From: Neoconidiobolus thromboides FSU 785
Lineage: Eukaryota; Fungi; Entomophthoromycota
Reading direction: 5' to 3'
Length of the DNA: 64,000 nucleotides
Assembly: GCA_025603075.1 (NCBI GenBank)
Contig: MU626353.1
Span: 4,681 to 68,680, forward strand
Shown here: positions 51,801 through 63,848 of the stretch, piece after piece
Layout: every line of letters begins with the position of its first letter
Position numbering within the stretch: position 1 is the first letter of the stretch
Program-made: the position numbers and the translations under genes
Notes under the pieces: model-generated
What the model was told of the DNA's origin: nothing
Seen by the model: only the letters and a program-made list of their open reading frames with translations
The model's database searches: none

Positions 51801-52336
51801 TTCTTGTTCAAAATCTTCTTCATCTGATTTTTCTAAATCTTCCTCTATTTCATTAATAGTTGGGATATTATTGCCCATATGAGAATGAAATGAACCTCTA
51901 CCAATACTACCAGCTCGTTTATCAGTACTAATCAATTGTGATAAATTGGATTGAAATTGTTCATTATTGAAATCTTTTCCAAGGGAAATACTAGAAGTGT
52001 GATGAATTATATCTTCAGTTACAGCCATTAAACCTTGATTGGCCAAAGCTAATGTTTGATTACGAATACTATCACCATCTTGGGTGTAGGAAGCATTATC
52101 TGTCAATAGAATAATTAGTTAAAATATTAATTGAATAGAAATTGAAAATAGTTAGATTTACCATCTTCTGAAGGAGTAGGACGATATAAATTCGAATAAT
52201 AAGAACGAGTAAATGAAGAAGATAATCGATTATTTTGTAATGAATCATAACTTTGAGATTCTAAATCCGTGGGTAAATGTTGATTTAAATGATGAGGACT
52301 TTTAGATAGTAAAGTTCGTCCTTTATCTTGACTCAT
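48871..52336 (-). CDS. VSB1: SulP/SLC26-family transporter with STAS and cyclic-nucleotide-binding domains (yeast YGR125W/Vsb1-like), ~5 exons
   Basis: IPAVLIGTMLNVLDAVSFG, HVPINVPAL, SVQNYLIYSNS, STAS QGFMFFGT/IILDF and cNMP domain GTFVGEVTFL. The symbol is inferred from domain architecture. Confidence 0.85.
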
Positions 52337-53512
52337 TTTTTTTAAAATATTAATTTAAAAAATAAAAATAAAAAAGTAATAGTGGTTTTTTTAGCTATTT
52401 ATTCAAGTTGATAGATTTTATAGACCAATTAAATAATCGATTCGGGATTTATTTTATTTAAAATGTGGCTTCTAAATTTTGATAAAGAAAATTGAGAATA
52501 ATGTTTCAATTTCTTGGAATAAATGGGGACTAGCATTCTATTTATTACAATAAAATAGAAAGCTTTATTAAAATATTAAAAAAATCGTTTATTTTATATA
52601 AAAGTTAGCACTTTATAAATGAACATATTAATTTTTAAACTGTTTTTCCCTTTTTCCCCTTTTTTTAACTCATCTCCATTATTGTTATTTTTCTAGTCCT
52701 TTTAGTATAAATCATATAAGAAAACTTCAATGTATTATGATAATAAAGAATTTAAGCTGGTTGTAAAATCTAAATAAAATAGAATCTAAAATCAGCTGAT
52801 TAAAAATAAAATCAATGTGGTATTTTTTGATAATAATTTCGATTTATCCCTTTAGAATCTAAATTATCCGAAGAATCATAGGAAATTAAGGTTTTAAAAC
52901 ATAACAAAAGGAACAAGTAAAGAAATACAACAAGATTCAAATATATAAGATCAAGATGTATATACAATTCTAATAAGTCTAATACTTATTCTTTTTGATG
53001 ACCCATTAATATTATTGATATTTGATTTTATTTAATTTCATTGTTTTATAATTTATTGAGAATTCAATCTTAATGAAATCAAAAAGATTATTGAAATTAC
53101 TATATTTGTATAAAAAAATCTTGAATTTACGCCACTTTTTTTTTCCAGTTTTTGATGTTTATTTTTACAACTATTGAGAGATAACAATAATGATAATAAA
53201 ATAATAAATTCAAATTAATTATATAAAACATTAAATTCATGATATTTAATTTTTAAAAGCATTTTTATTATAAATAATTAGATTTTATAATCATTGCTTT
53301 ATTTTTTTCAGCCTAAATAGTATAATTTAAGCTATCGGAAGTATTTTATATTTTCGACAAAATAAAACTATTATCTTATTAAATTTGCAGTATAACAATA
53401 CAAGTGGTAGATAAGTTTTGTTATTTATTGATATTCAATATAGGTCAAAGTTTTATCTAATGAGTAAGAGTAGGGTTAAAATTGACAATAAAGTTTAATA
53501 TCAATATTTTAC

Positions 53513-53852
53513 ATTGGGGATGTTTTTTTGGTTTCATTACTTTTTTCATTTTTAAGCACTATTTGAGCGGAAAGATTGTTAATGAAATCCTTAAACACAA
53601 AAAAACATCCCCAATTATTTATTTATTAATCAAATTCCAAGTATTTGAATGTGGGGATGTATTTTTTGTTTGGTGATTTCACTAATAATTTTTCATCTTA
53701 AATTGCACTTAAAAATGGGAAAAAAGAAATTAAAAAAACAGCTTCATATGGGAGTGTTTTTTTTGACTTGATTATTTTTTTCATTTTTTAAGTGCTATTT
53801 GAGCGGGAAATTTATTAGTAAAACTCTCAAACACAAAAATACATCCCCATAT
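53513..53852. mobile_element. Cluster of three GGGGATGT-family copies (53513-53615 plus, 53649-53749 minus, 53746-53852 plus)
   Basis: Consensus matches; the last two share one ATAT junction. Confidence 0.82.
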
Positions 53853-54221
53853 CATTTTATTCATTGATATAAAAAAGCTTACTTTTTTGCATTTCCATCT
53901 TAAATCGAAATCAACTTTCTGGAGAATTTAAAAAATTCTGAGTTTTCCAATTAAGAAATTTAAATTGTCAAGTTGACCCATTTTCAATAAAGCTAAATAA
54001 AATATCTATTCAAAATCAAAATAATGTTTCAAAGAAACATTATTTTATTGAAACTGGATAATATTAATTGTAAATAGTTTCTAATTAGAATTGTTTTTTA
54101 TTTTTTGTTTTGGAATAGTCATACAGACAGTATATATAAGATCGTATATGATTCTAAAAAAGTATTACAAATAAATAGTAAACTCAAGAGCAAATAACTA
54201 ATCAGTAAATAAAAACTCAAT

Positions 54222-54881
54222 ATGACTTCCAAATCAACTGAATACATTTCTAATTCTCATGATACTCCCTTACTCCATTTTTCAGGAGCTTCTTTAACAT
54301 CTAATCCAATGTCACCCCAATATCCTTGTGGAGATCAAGAAGCTAAGGCCACTATTATTTATCCAATATTAAAAACTGGATGTGTTATAAGAAGCATGGA
54401 GCTTACATATAAAAAAGATGAGAAAGTGGATAAAGCTTATAAATCAACTTATTATTCTTTGACTACTGAATTAATGAATGAGAAGAATCAATTGTTGATG
54501 AAATTGACTAAAGCGGAGTTTGAATTATGGTATACAAACTATAATATTTACTATTTAAGCGAGGGGAATGAAAGCAATGGGTATAAGGAAATCAGATTAA
54601 TTAAAACAACAATTCAGATATTTCCTTGTTACACATTAAAAATGATTAAAATTGATGGGGAGATCCTAGAATTTGATTTTAAATCATTAAATTTAATGTG
54701 TTTTTCATGGGGAGTTTACAATAAAAGTACAGGAAGGGAAGTTTTAAGATATGAGAATAATTATTTCAAAGGGGGGAAATTGATTCTTTTCGAGGACTCA
54801 GGTATGTTAGATGTATTCTTTTTAATCATTTCCTTCCTTGCAATTCATTATGAACCATTTCGAAGTAAGATGGAAAACTAA
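54222..54881 (+). CDS. Tubby C-terminal / LURP-one-like beta-barrel protein (divergent family member)
   Basis: 219-aa intronless ORF with a beta-strand-rich core and a C-terminal hydrophobic helix (FFLIISFLAI), like its neighbours. Fold assignment is by eye. Confidence 0.65.
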   Translation: MTSKSTEYISNSHDTPLLHFSGASLTSNPMSPQYPCGDQEAKATIIYPILKTGCVIRSMELTYKKDEKVDKAYKSTYYSLTTELMNEKNQLLMKLTKAEFELWYTNYNIYYLSEGNESNGYKEIRLIKTTIQIFPCYTLKMIKIDGEILEFDFKSLNLMCFSWGVYNKSTGREVLRYENNYFKGGKLILFEDSGMLDVFFLIISFLAIHYEPFRSKMEN

Positions 54882-54929
54882 ATTAGGTTTTATACAAGTA
54901 GTCAACACTACTTATATTTTGTGGATGTG

Positions 54930-54969
54930 AAATAAACAAATAAACAAATAAACAAATAAACAAATAAAC
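54930..54969. repeat. Perfect (AAATAAAC)x5 tandem repeat
   Basis: Read directly; lies ~50 nt downstream of the 54881 stop codon. Confidence 0.95.
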
Positions 54970-55339
54970 TATAGCTATCTTTTATATGCTTTTTTATGAG
55001 TGATGATCTATCTATAAATTGTTTGTTTAAAATTGTTTTCAACTCATCAGTAATAAGTATTAATATAAGTCAAATAAAATATCTGATTATTAATAGATTA
55101 TAAAAATAATTTTTTGAACTTTTTTAAATTACCTTATGCAAACTTTAGAAATTATTTTTGTTGATAATTTTTAATAATATAAACCAAAACTTTATATCCC
55201 TAGTTTGCTTTTTATTTGTAATAACTATAGAGCTAACTAAAATCAGAAAAAAAATAAACAATTATATAAATCCTGGTATAATATTTTTAATAATAATATG
55301 ATTAACATGAATTAGAAAATTATAAATATATAAAACAAG

Positions 55340-55433
55340 ATATGGGGATGTTTTTTCTGATTTCATTTTTTAAGCGCTATTTGAGTGGAAAGATTGTTAG
55401 TAAAATTCTTAAACAAAAAAACACATCCCCATT
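55340..55433 (+). mobile_element. GGGGATGT-family copy with internal deletion
   Basis: Consensus match. Confidence 0.8.
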
Positions 55434-55677
55434 CTACGACCCATTTGTTTAATGTCGTAGTATTTTATAATTTAGGGATATTTTTTATTTTAAACAAAAA
55501 GATCAATAGATCCTTTACGCCATTATAACTCTATTGGGTCCTAGCTAATAGACTATTAAGAGATGATCCATGTTGAAGCTCTTCTATAATAATGGTATTT
55601 ATGCTTTGATAAATTAAAATAATAGCCTAATTACAAGAAATAGAGCTAAAAAAGTCCCAAAAAAAAGTTGTAACAGC

Positions 55678-55695
55678 TATATATATATATATATA
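55678..55695. repeat. (TA)9 microsatellite
   Basis: Read directly. It follows a CAGCTGTT-family TIR-like end (gttgtaacagc). Confidence 0.85.
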
Positions 55696-55998
55696 TTTAA
55701 ATTGCCTACCCAAATGAGGATACAGCGCAACGTTTATGTAAACCAAACCTCAATACTTTGTCTATTTTGTTGTATAAAAATAGTTAATATCATAGTATTC
55801 ATATTTTTAAATACTTGAAAGCGTAAAGATGACAGAGTGTTCTTAAGATTATGCCTTCAACACTAAAGCTGTTTAAATGCTATTTTATAGTAGATTGATA
55901 TATATTTCATATATAAGGATACTTTTTATCTAGTATTGCTCAAATTTTAAGTATATATTATGTTATATCATAATCAGATCAAATATGGATTGATAAAT

Positions 55999-56102
55999 AT
56001 ATGTATATGTTTTTTTTGGCTTCATTACTTTTTCTATTTTTAAGCACTATTTAAATGGAAAAACCATCAGTAAAACTCTTTAAAAAAAGTACATTCCTAT
56101 AT
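55999..56102 (+). mobile_element. GGGGATGT-family copy (degraded left TIR)
   Basis: Consensus match. Confidence 0.7.
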
Positions 56103-57848
56103 ATTGTTTGAACTTAATATCTCATATAGTCCATTTTGCTTTACGTCTAAATTTTAATCAAAGTCATAATTTTTAGTATCCTTATAATAGATATGATAAT
56201 ATACAATAAAGTAATTTATTAAAGTTGTCAAGTATTAAAAGGTGCAAACTTAGGGATAAGTGTGATGTTAATAAAAGTTAGAAATATTGTATTTTAAAGA
56301 TTATTTTGTTATGTTGAGTTTTCTATTTTTTTTATTTTTATAGATATAAATTTAAAAAAAAAACCAAAAGCTGAGTATTAAAATAAAAAGAACTTGTAAA
56401 TATTTGATTCGATTATTAACACTTAATTATTTATCCTGACTAAATCTATATTAGTTTCACTTAAATGCCTCACTGTATTTCTCCTGATGGTTGGGCTCTT
56501 CATAGGCTTTTTTTAGAATTACCAGTTTTCTGCTTTATCGAAATTTATTAACATCCTTTTATTTCTCTTTTTTACCTTTGTTCTTACGTGTTGCATTTTC
56601 TAGTACCCTTACTGCTTTTCCACCATTATCTCTGACTTTGAAAACCATTATCCGATTCACTGGCCTCTGGGCTCCATATTGATAGTTTAGCGCTCTACAT
56701 TCAATCAACCCAATAACATTTCATTGCTTCCCAATTCCATCCCTTATTCTATTGTTAGAAGCCTTTTCGAGAAAAAGGTAAAAAAGATTTTATTTCACCT
56801 CTCCGACTTCTTATAAAAGTAGGAATTTATCAAACTCAGCTCTTATCTTACTAGGTGGTTTTCTCTCAATAATTTAGTCTCTTAATTTACTAACTTAATT
56901 TTCTATTGTTTTTAGTTGATAAAAGACTTAAAGCTACAGCTCTTTGAAAAAAAAATTATTATTTTATAGTAGCTTACTACATAGCATATTTTTTATAATT
57001 TGCTTAAAAAATATATGTTATTTTATTAATTCGCAAAAGTTGAAGATGAAAATAATTATACGCACTGCTAAATTTAAATGATTCTACCTTTATTAAAAGT
57101 TATTCGATATGACTATAGCATATTTAATGTGTAAATTAAACTTATAAACAATTTACGCTATAAAAAACGCCACTTCTAATAATATTATTTGAGCTATTAT
57201 AACAAAACACTAGAGGGTTTTGGCATTGAGTACATTTAACAATTTTAGTCATTTGACGAGAGATTGAGCTTCCAAAAACTTTATTATCTAAATAGCTATA
57301 AGGAGAAATATTCGATTGTTTAGGTATTGTATTTCAAAATGTTACACTACTTTGTAAGGTAATTCAATACGTTTCAAAAAGTTTATTACATCTTTACAAA
57401 CCAGAGCGGCGAATTTAAATTACTTATTTACTATTTAAAGTCAGCTCAACTTGACAAGCTTTTACAACTGTTAAAATTCAAATTCCGACCTTAAAATATC
57501 TTTGTCAGTAATTGTCAGATTGTATTTTTTTAAAGGCTAAATCCCTTGAGCTTTAGTGAGATTTATCTCTAAACTTTTACTTCTAAACGAACAGTTAATC
57601 CGCTGAGCATTTGAACTTCATCGGTTCTAAGGTTCTAAAAAATATGGTTGAACTAACACTCAAAACATTGAAATAAAGGCTAACTTTTCAGCCAACAAAA
57701 AATAGCAATTTGAGTAAAAAATTGGTTTTTTGCTCAATTTTGAAATTTCAATAGAAAATCGGTGAATATAAGTTTGACCACAAGCTTTTCTAAATAGAAA
57801 TCATCTAAAAAATCTCGAAGGCAAAGGACTATAAATACAAATAAAAAC

Positions 57849-58667
57849 ATGAGTTTAAAAATTACAAATAATATAAACATAAATATGGATAAAAAAGAAA
57901 AAGTCGGTTTTAATAATAATAATTTAAATGAATTTGACAATAATCTAAATGAGTTCCTGCCTAGTTATAATGAAAGCTTAACCCCAGAGTCAAGTACAAG
58001 AGGAATAATAATGAATACAAACAATTTTCCAGAACCAAATATAAGAGCCCCAGGGATAGATATGAATAGTTTTATACAGCCAAATTCAGAAGATTCAGGA
58101 ATGAATATAAATAACTACAGGTTAATTCAAACTAGATATGATGTTAGCATAGATGGGCTTCGTAAGAAAAAAATCGGCTTCAAGGATAACCAAACTGGAC
58201 AAGTATACAATTACAAAGTTACAGAAAAAAAAGCTAAATATAGAGGAGATAGTAGAAAAACAGTGATTAAACTTAAGCGTAATAAAAAATTTTCAAAGAC
58301 TGGTAACTGGATGATAGACTGTAAGAAGAAACATGAGGGAAGATATAAAGATATAACATTATTTAAAGATTCGGTTAATTCAGTTCCAAGGTATACTATG
58401 GGTTTTAGAAGATCAGATAATCAAATCATGAATCTATATTGGACCACGGAATCTATCATGAATAATAATTGGTGCTTATTTGATGTTAATTTTAATAAGC
58501 TTATGGAATATAACATTCAAACATTTAAACATAATTCTTTAAGCCAATTCTGTTTTATTGATGAAGTTGACAAACAACTTTTTTTATTGGTTTTAGCTTT
58601 TGTTATCGTAAATTATGGATCTGATAATATGGGAGATTCCTCTAGTGATGATAGTGACAGTTCTTAA
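57849..58667 (+). CDS. Tubby C-terminal / LURP-one-like protein with N-terminal LPSY motif
   Basis: 272-aa ORF with LPSY, FKDNQTGQVYNYKV, NNWCLFD and IDEVDKQLFLLVLAFV; clear paralog of 61100..61762. Confidence 0.8.
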   Translation: MSLKITNNININMDKKEKVGFNNNNLNEFDNNLNEFLPSYNESLTPESSTRGIIMNTNNFPEPNIRAPGIDMNSFIQPNSEDSGMNINNYRLIQTRYDVSIDGLRKKKIGFKDNQTGQVYNYKVTEKKAKYRGDSRKTVIKLKRNKKFSKTGNWMIDCKKKHEGRYKDITLFKDSVNSVPRYTMGFRRSDNQIMNLYWTTESIMNNNWCLFDVNFNKLMEYNIQTFKHNSLSQFCFIDEVDKQLFLLVLAFVIVNYGSDNMGDSSSDDSDSS

Positions 58668-59037
58668 TTTAGTATTTTAACCATTTATATTAATAAATTT
58701 CCTTATATACAGTATCAAATAAACGTTTGAGCGTTCAATATCCCTATTTCATAAATGTATAGTTGAAGCAAGATATGATTAAGATAAATAAAACAATAAA
58801 GTAGTTATATTATACTATCAATAAACTACAGTTATTTTAATGTATTGTATTTAGTCGTGTTGTCATTTTACATTATAGAACCTTAGATCCAAAAATAAAC
58901 TTATAATTTAAGTCATAAATAAAAAGCTTGTTTATTCCAATCAGCTGAACAAACAGGGATACAAACAACAACTTAAAAACTTTAAATCCATGGTTAACTA
59001 TTTTTGATTTATAATATAAAACCAATCTTAAATTTAA

Positions 59038-59670
59038 ATGAGTAGTGCTGTAGAATCTGCTTCAAACTTGCCAATTGATATTAACCATCCTCCGCGTTAT
59101 AGTATGGTACTTGAAAATGATATTGAAATCCAACAAACAGAGGAAGAGGAATTCGAAAACATAATAGAACCAACTAAATTTCAACTTAGTAGATCGAAGT
59201 ATATTAGAAGGGAAGTATGTTGCACCAGTCTAGATGAAAGTCAGGTGTATTATATAAGTGTAGTAAAAGAATCAGCTAAGTTGATAAGTAAAGAAAGGCA
59301 AACAATATTAAAATTAAGTGAGATTAAAAGTGGTTTTCGAGGGACAGCATGGAGAATAATACCTATCTACGAGGATTTAATAGATACCTTAGAAGTACTA
59401 TTTGGGATGAGTAAGTTTTCTGAGATCGATTCTCTTGACGTTAAGATTATAAAGAGAGATGGAAACGTGTTCAAATATCAAGTAGCCAAAAAAGCTTTCT
59501 CTTACACTAGATATAAATTGATTGATATAAGATATCCAGAACAAAAAGTATTGGAGTTTCGAACATCTTTATTTGGTCCTAATTCTATTAAGTTATATAC
59601 TCCTGTAAGCAAGGAGGATTTCGAAATACTTCTTTTAGCTATTATTTTTTTTGTTACATATAAAAATTAA
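59038..59670 (+). CDS. Tubby C-terminal / LURP-one-like protein with PPRY motif
   Basis: 210-aa ORF with PPRY, TILKL, YKLID and a C-terminal helix EILLLAIIFFV. Confidence 0.75.
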   Translation: MSSAVESASNLPIDINHPPRYSMVLENDIEIQQTEEEEFENIIEPTKFQLSRSKYIRREVCCTSLDESQVYYISVVKESAKLISKERQTILKLSEIKSGFRGTAWRIIPIYEDLIDTLEVLFGMSKFSEIDSLDVKIIKRDGNVFKYQVAKKAFSYTRYKLIDIRYPEQKVLEFRTSLFGPNSIKLYTPVSKEDFEILLLAIIFFVTYKN

Positions 59671-59754
59671 CATTGATTTTTATTTGTAATATTTTAGTCT
59701 AGTTATTAATAAAGTAAACATCAAACAATTTAAATCCCGATTTTCGATAATCAA

Positions 59755-59851
59755 ATAGAGATGTGTTTTTAAGAATTTCAGCAACGATTTTTCCACTCAA
59801 TAACACTTAAGAAACAGAAAAGTGACGAAACCAAAAAAATATGCCCAATAT
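59755..59851 (-). mobile_element. GGGGATGT-family copy (degraded)
   Basis: Reverse consensus match. Confidence 0.7.
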
Positions 59852-60389
59852 TAAAATATACAACTTTAGTATTTGACTATAATTATTAATAAACTCATGG
59901 TGACAGAGTTTTTATAGCTTTATAAGTTAAAATAAATATAGTTCATTCTATTTTTTAAAAACACCTAATATTGACTACTTCTTTTCTGATTATACTAAAA
60001 ATTGAATCAATTCTAAAAGTGTGTATTTAAAAAATACACTGTAATACAATGAGAAGCAGCAGACATTTATACTATTTAAACTAACCTTAGGGAACTAATA
60101 CTAATTATAATGTCATCAAATGAAGAAAATGAATAAACAAATTTGTTTGTTTAACTAATAAATCGTTTGCTATTTTATTATTATTAAAGTATAATTAAAG
60201 CTAAGTAAAATAATACTTTCTTAATAGGCGAATTAATCCAATAGCTCATAAAATTTCTCAAAAGCAATACTTTATTAATATACTTTAAATATATAACTTT
60301 TATTTATCACTTAATAGATTCTGTTAGAGTCTTTCAAATACTTTAATTTCTAAAAAAAAGCAAGCATCAAAATTAAAATACAACCAATC

Positions 60390-60900
60390 CCTTCTCTTCC
60401 TCTAGATCTCGTTAACTGAGTCAGTCCCAAACTCCCATTAGTATATGGTGCTTTGCCCACTTAGCTCCTGCTTCTTTTTCTACCATTTCACGCTTTAAAT
60501 CTATTCAAGCTTTTTGTTTTCGTTGCTCCGCTTTGGGCCTTGCACCTCTCCATATATCTATTTGATGCCCAGTAGCTATTACGCTCTGAACTGCATTTTC
60601 TCTTCCCTTGGTTTAAACTTCAATCTATTTTCGTATAATTATTCTTTTACTCCGTTTTTTCCTCAAATTATGAGGTACCCTCCTTTGATTAGAGCCTTTG
60701 TCCTGTGAGCAGGATTACTGGCCATACACAAAAGTTTCACTGATTCTTAAGTTGGACTCATCACCTTCCTATACCTTTCTCTTCAACCCCATTACTCTGC
60801 CCATTCAATTGAAAACCCTATAGAAATTGGAATAAAAATGGACCTCATTTTGTCATCCTCAATCTACAAAAGACAAATGGGGTCTAGACTTAATATCTAT
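60390..60900 (-). mobile_element. Degraded non-LTR retrotransposon remnant (APE endonuclease region)
   Basis: GC-richer island. Minus-strand frames read GRVMGLK...TFVYG...IDIWRGARP...A*ID, in the order of the L1-type endonuclease motifs GR.i, VYxP, DiWR..hP and RID. Contains stops. Confidence 0.45.
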
Positions 60901-61099
60901 TCTTCCAAAAAGGCCCATGAAACGTGAAGTCCCTAGAGCTAATTGACTTTGGTATTAATATACTTTAATTTAGCTAATAAAATACTTGGGCCATAAGCCT
61001 TTCAAGAGAAAAAAAAATCAAAGTACAGGTTATGATATTTTATTATAACATATAACTTAATAAAAAATAAATATTAGAGTATTTGGATAGACGATAAAA

Positions 61100-61762
61100 T
61101 CAAGATCCACCACCACTAGAAGCAGCACGTCTTCTACGCTCAGCGTCCATAGTAAGAGTGACTAAAAATATAAGATATATAGGTAAATCAACTTCATCAA
61201 TATACTTAAATTGTTTTAAAGTATTCTTTTTAAACATATTGATATGGTATTCCAATAATGGTTGATTTTGAGAGTCAAATAAGGTCCAATTGTTTCCAAG
61301 TATTGAAGTAGTAGTCCAGTGGAGATTTGCCATAGTATTATCTTGTTTTTTGAGATTCAATACGTATTTATCTCTAAATTCAAACGTTTTTTTAACCATG
61401 GAAACCTCTTGATAACGTTCTGAGTTTTTTACCAAATAATCGACATTCCATCTAGTAGTTGTAAAAGAGAACCCCTGGCGCTTTAACTTTAAAATTTCTT
61501 GACCTGAGAGTAAATCAAGGAATTTAGAAGTATTATAAGATACTTTAAAATTATAAGTCTCCCCAGTTTGATTATTTTTAAAATCAAACATCTTCTTAAA
61601 GCATCCTCTTTTACTTACTGTATATGTAATTAATTCATTGTCAGCCATATTACTACTCCCTTGAAACTGGGAACAAATATCCGTATTATTCTCCAATGTA
61701 TCATTGTAGCTAGGTGGTGCTTCAAGTTGGTTATTAAAGGGCTTTTCAGTTTCTAAACTCAT
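61100..61762 (-). CDS. Tubby C-terminal / LURP-one-like protein with PPSY motif
   Basis: 220-aa ORF with PPSY, FKNNQTGETYNFKV and IDEVDLPIYLIFLV; source-like copy of the pseudogenes at 28.7 and 32.4 kb. Confidence 0.8.
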   Translation of the reverse strand: MSLETEKPFNNQLEAPPSYNDTLENNTDICSQFQGSSNMADNELITYTVSKRGCFKKMFDFKNNQTGETYNFKVSYNTSKFLDLLSGQEILKLKRQGFSFTTTRWNVDYLVKNSERYQEVSMVKKTFEFRDKYVLNLKKQDNTMANLHWTTTSILGNNWTLFDSQNQPLLEYHINMFKKNTLKQFKYIDEVDLPIYLIFLVTLTMDAERRRRAASSGGGS

Positions 61763-63743
61763 TTTATTTTTCCTTAAAATCCTAAATTTCTCAATTTATT
61801 TATATCTTTGATTACAATGTATATATTCTTAATTAGAACTCTTATTTCTCTTTTTTAGCCAAATAGATCATTATTTGGGGCCTATCTTCATTTTAACTAA
61901 TTACTATTGATTACAATTATACCGCTTTATTTATTTAGTTGTAATAGGCCATTAGATTATTCCTAACTTTTCTTTACAGATTCATCTTCATATAATTTAT
62001 ATAGTTAGCTAGAGATAAATAACTGCAATGCTATAAAAGAATTTACAGAAAAATAATTTTATTTTCAGAGATAGAAAAAACATACTGTTGCAACTAATAA
62101 CTCTCTTACTTTCATGTCCATGAATTTATAAAGAAACATCAAGAACGATCTAATAAAATATAGCATTAAATTCAATCATAAAAGCTTATTTTTGATAAGC
62201 TTCTAAAAAATACATCCCTATTTTTGAAGCTTTATACTAAATAAGGTCTTTGATTAAAACCTACTCCTTAGACCTTGTTGATTATGATAAAATAACGGGC
62301 AAAGATACAACTTAGGTTGTTGTAATGACATAATATTACGCGCAGCTTTGTTGCTTTAGCCAATCATAATCCTTTCGGTTTTTCTTACCAAAGCTCAATT
62401 AATTTATGACTAGCAGCTTCTCATCAAAAATACTCAGTAATATTTATAGTATAATCGATAAATTTAAAAATGGTTTAAATTTTAAAAAAACTCTAATTCT
62501 ACTTTTCGTCCCATTTCCTATCTAACGCGAAGTTCTTAGTAAACCATTAAATAAAACTGGGCAAAAAAACATTTTAATAAGTTATCTAAAATTAAAAGGG
62601 CAAATATTTTTGTAATCAGTATTTAATTTGGAATTTCTGCTGAAAATCAGAATTGAGCATTTAAAAAGTTCTTTAACCCATATGTGGGAGGGGGACCATC
62701 TTAATTTTTAAACCTTTTTCTATTTTTAAGCGCTATTAAGTAAAAAATGCTAAAATTCTAAAAAGCCTATTTTGAATAATAATTTAAGTGGCCTATTCTC
62801 ATACTTATTATTAAAAATGTATCTGTGATTTAAAATCCTAAACAATAACAATAAAAAACAATTTAAAATCAAAGGAAAAATAAAAATTAGAGTTTTTTAA
62901 ATAACATATTCATTGTTTCTGTTTTGAGATCTAAAAATATTGAAAATTCAAGCTCTTTTTGGAACAAACGTTTATTTATTTCAATACAATCTTTAAATAA
63001 GATGCTCAAAGGTAACTTAGCTTTATAATCTCGATTATTAAGGCTTATTCTAACCAGAGAAATAGATATTTTAAAAACAATGTTACAAGTTTTACATAAA
63101 TATAAGGTAAATGTGAATATTTGTATGTTGTATCATGGCTTTTAGTTAGACAGGTTGTCTAAAATATACTCAAATATAGTTTTAATTTCATTATAGTTAC
63201 ATATACTTAAATTGAACTTGTTTTAATAAAAAAGTTAGTTTTTTTATTTATATTTTAAATATTAATATTCAAATATAATATAGCACATGAAATGATACTA
63301 TAATGAATTACTAATTTATATATACATGAAAATATTTTGTAGTATGTACCCAAAGAAAAGCTTTAATTTTATTAAAAATAAAAATTTGGTAGAAGGTTTA
63401 AATGTTCACACTACTTACCCTATTCTATAGTTGGGTACAATTATTTAAAGCTGAATCCTATACAGCTTTACTTAGCCAATTCTAAATCGGGTACTAAAGC
63501 ACTCAATATTCTTTGAGTATCGGATAGCTAATTATTCTCTCTTCTCCCCCTCCTTCCTCTTCATTTCCTCCTCCTACCTTTTCATTTAACTATTCTCATT
63601 ATTTTCTTCAATAAATAAAGACACTTTATGATGTAGTTTTCAAGACTCAAAAACCAAAATATATTATGATAATACCACTTTTTATTCCTGTGATTTTTTT
63701 ATAATTGTAGATTAAATTTCGAAATCATGCTAAGATAGTGATT

Positions 63744-63848
63744 ATATGCGAGTGTTTTTTTTGACTTCACTATTTTTTCATTTTTTAAGCGCTATTTAAG
63801 CGGAAAATTTGTTAGTAAATTTTTAAACACAAAAATACATCCCCATAT
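63744..63848 (+). mobile_element. GGGGATGT-family MITE-like copy
   Basis: Consensus match with ATAT ends. Confidence 0.8.

Noticed and set aside
53482-53676. 64-aa plus-strand ORF
   Set aside because: It is made of MITE sequence and has a TTG start.
56470-56900. Possible LINE reverse-transcriptase remnant (QYG...INFDKA on the minus strand)
   Set aside because: The motif matches are short and need frameshifts; too weak without a search.
1329-63848. Dispersed ~105-bp repeat as a CRISPR array or REP system
   Set aside because: The copies are scattered with TIRs and have no regular repeat-spacer structure or cas genes; the context is eukaryotic.
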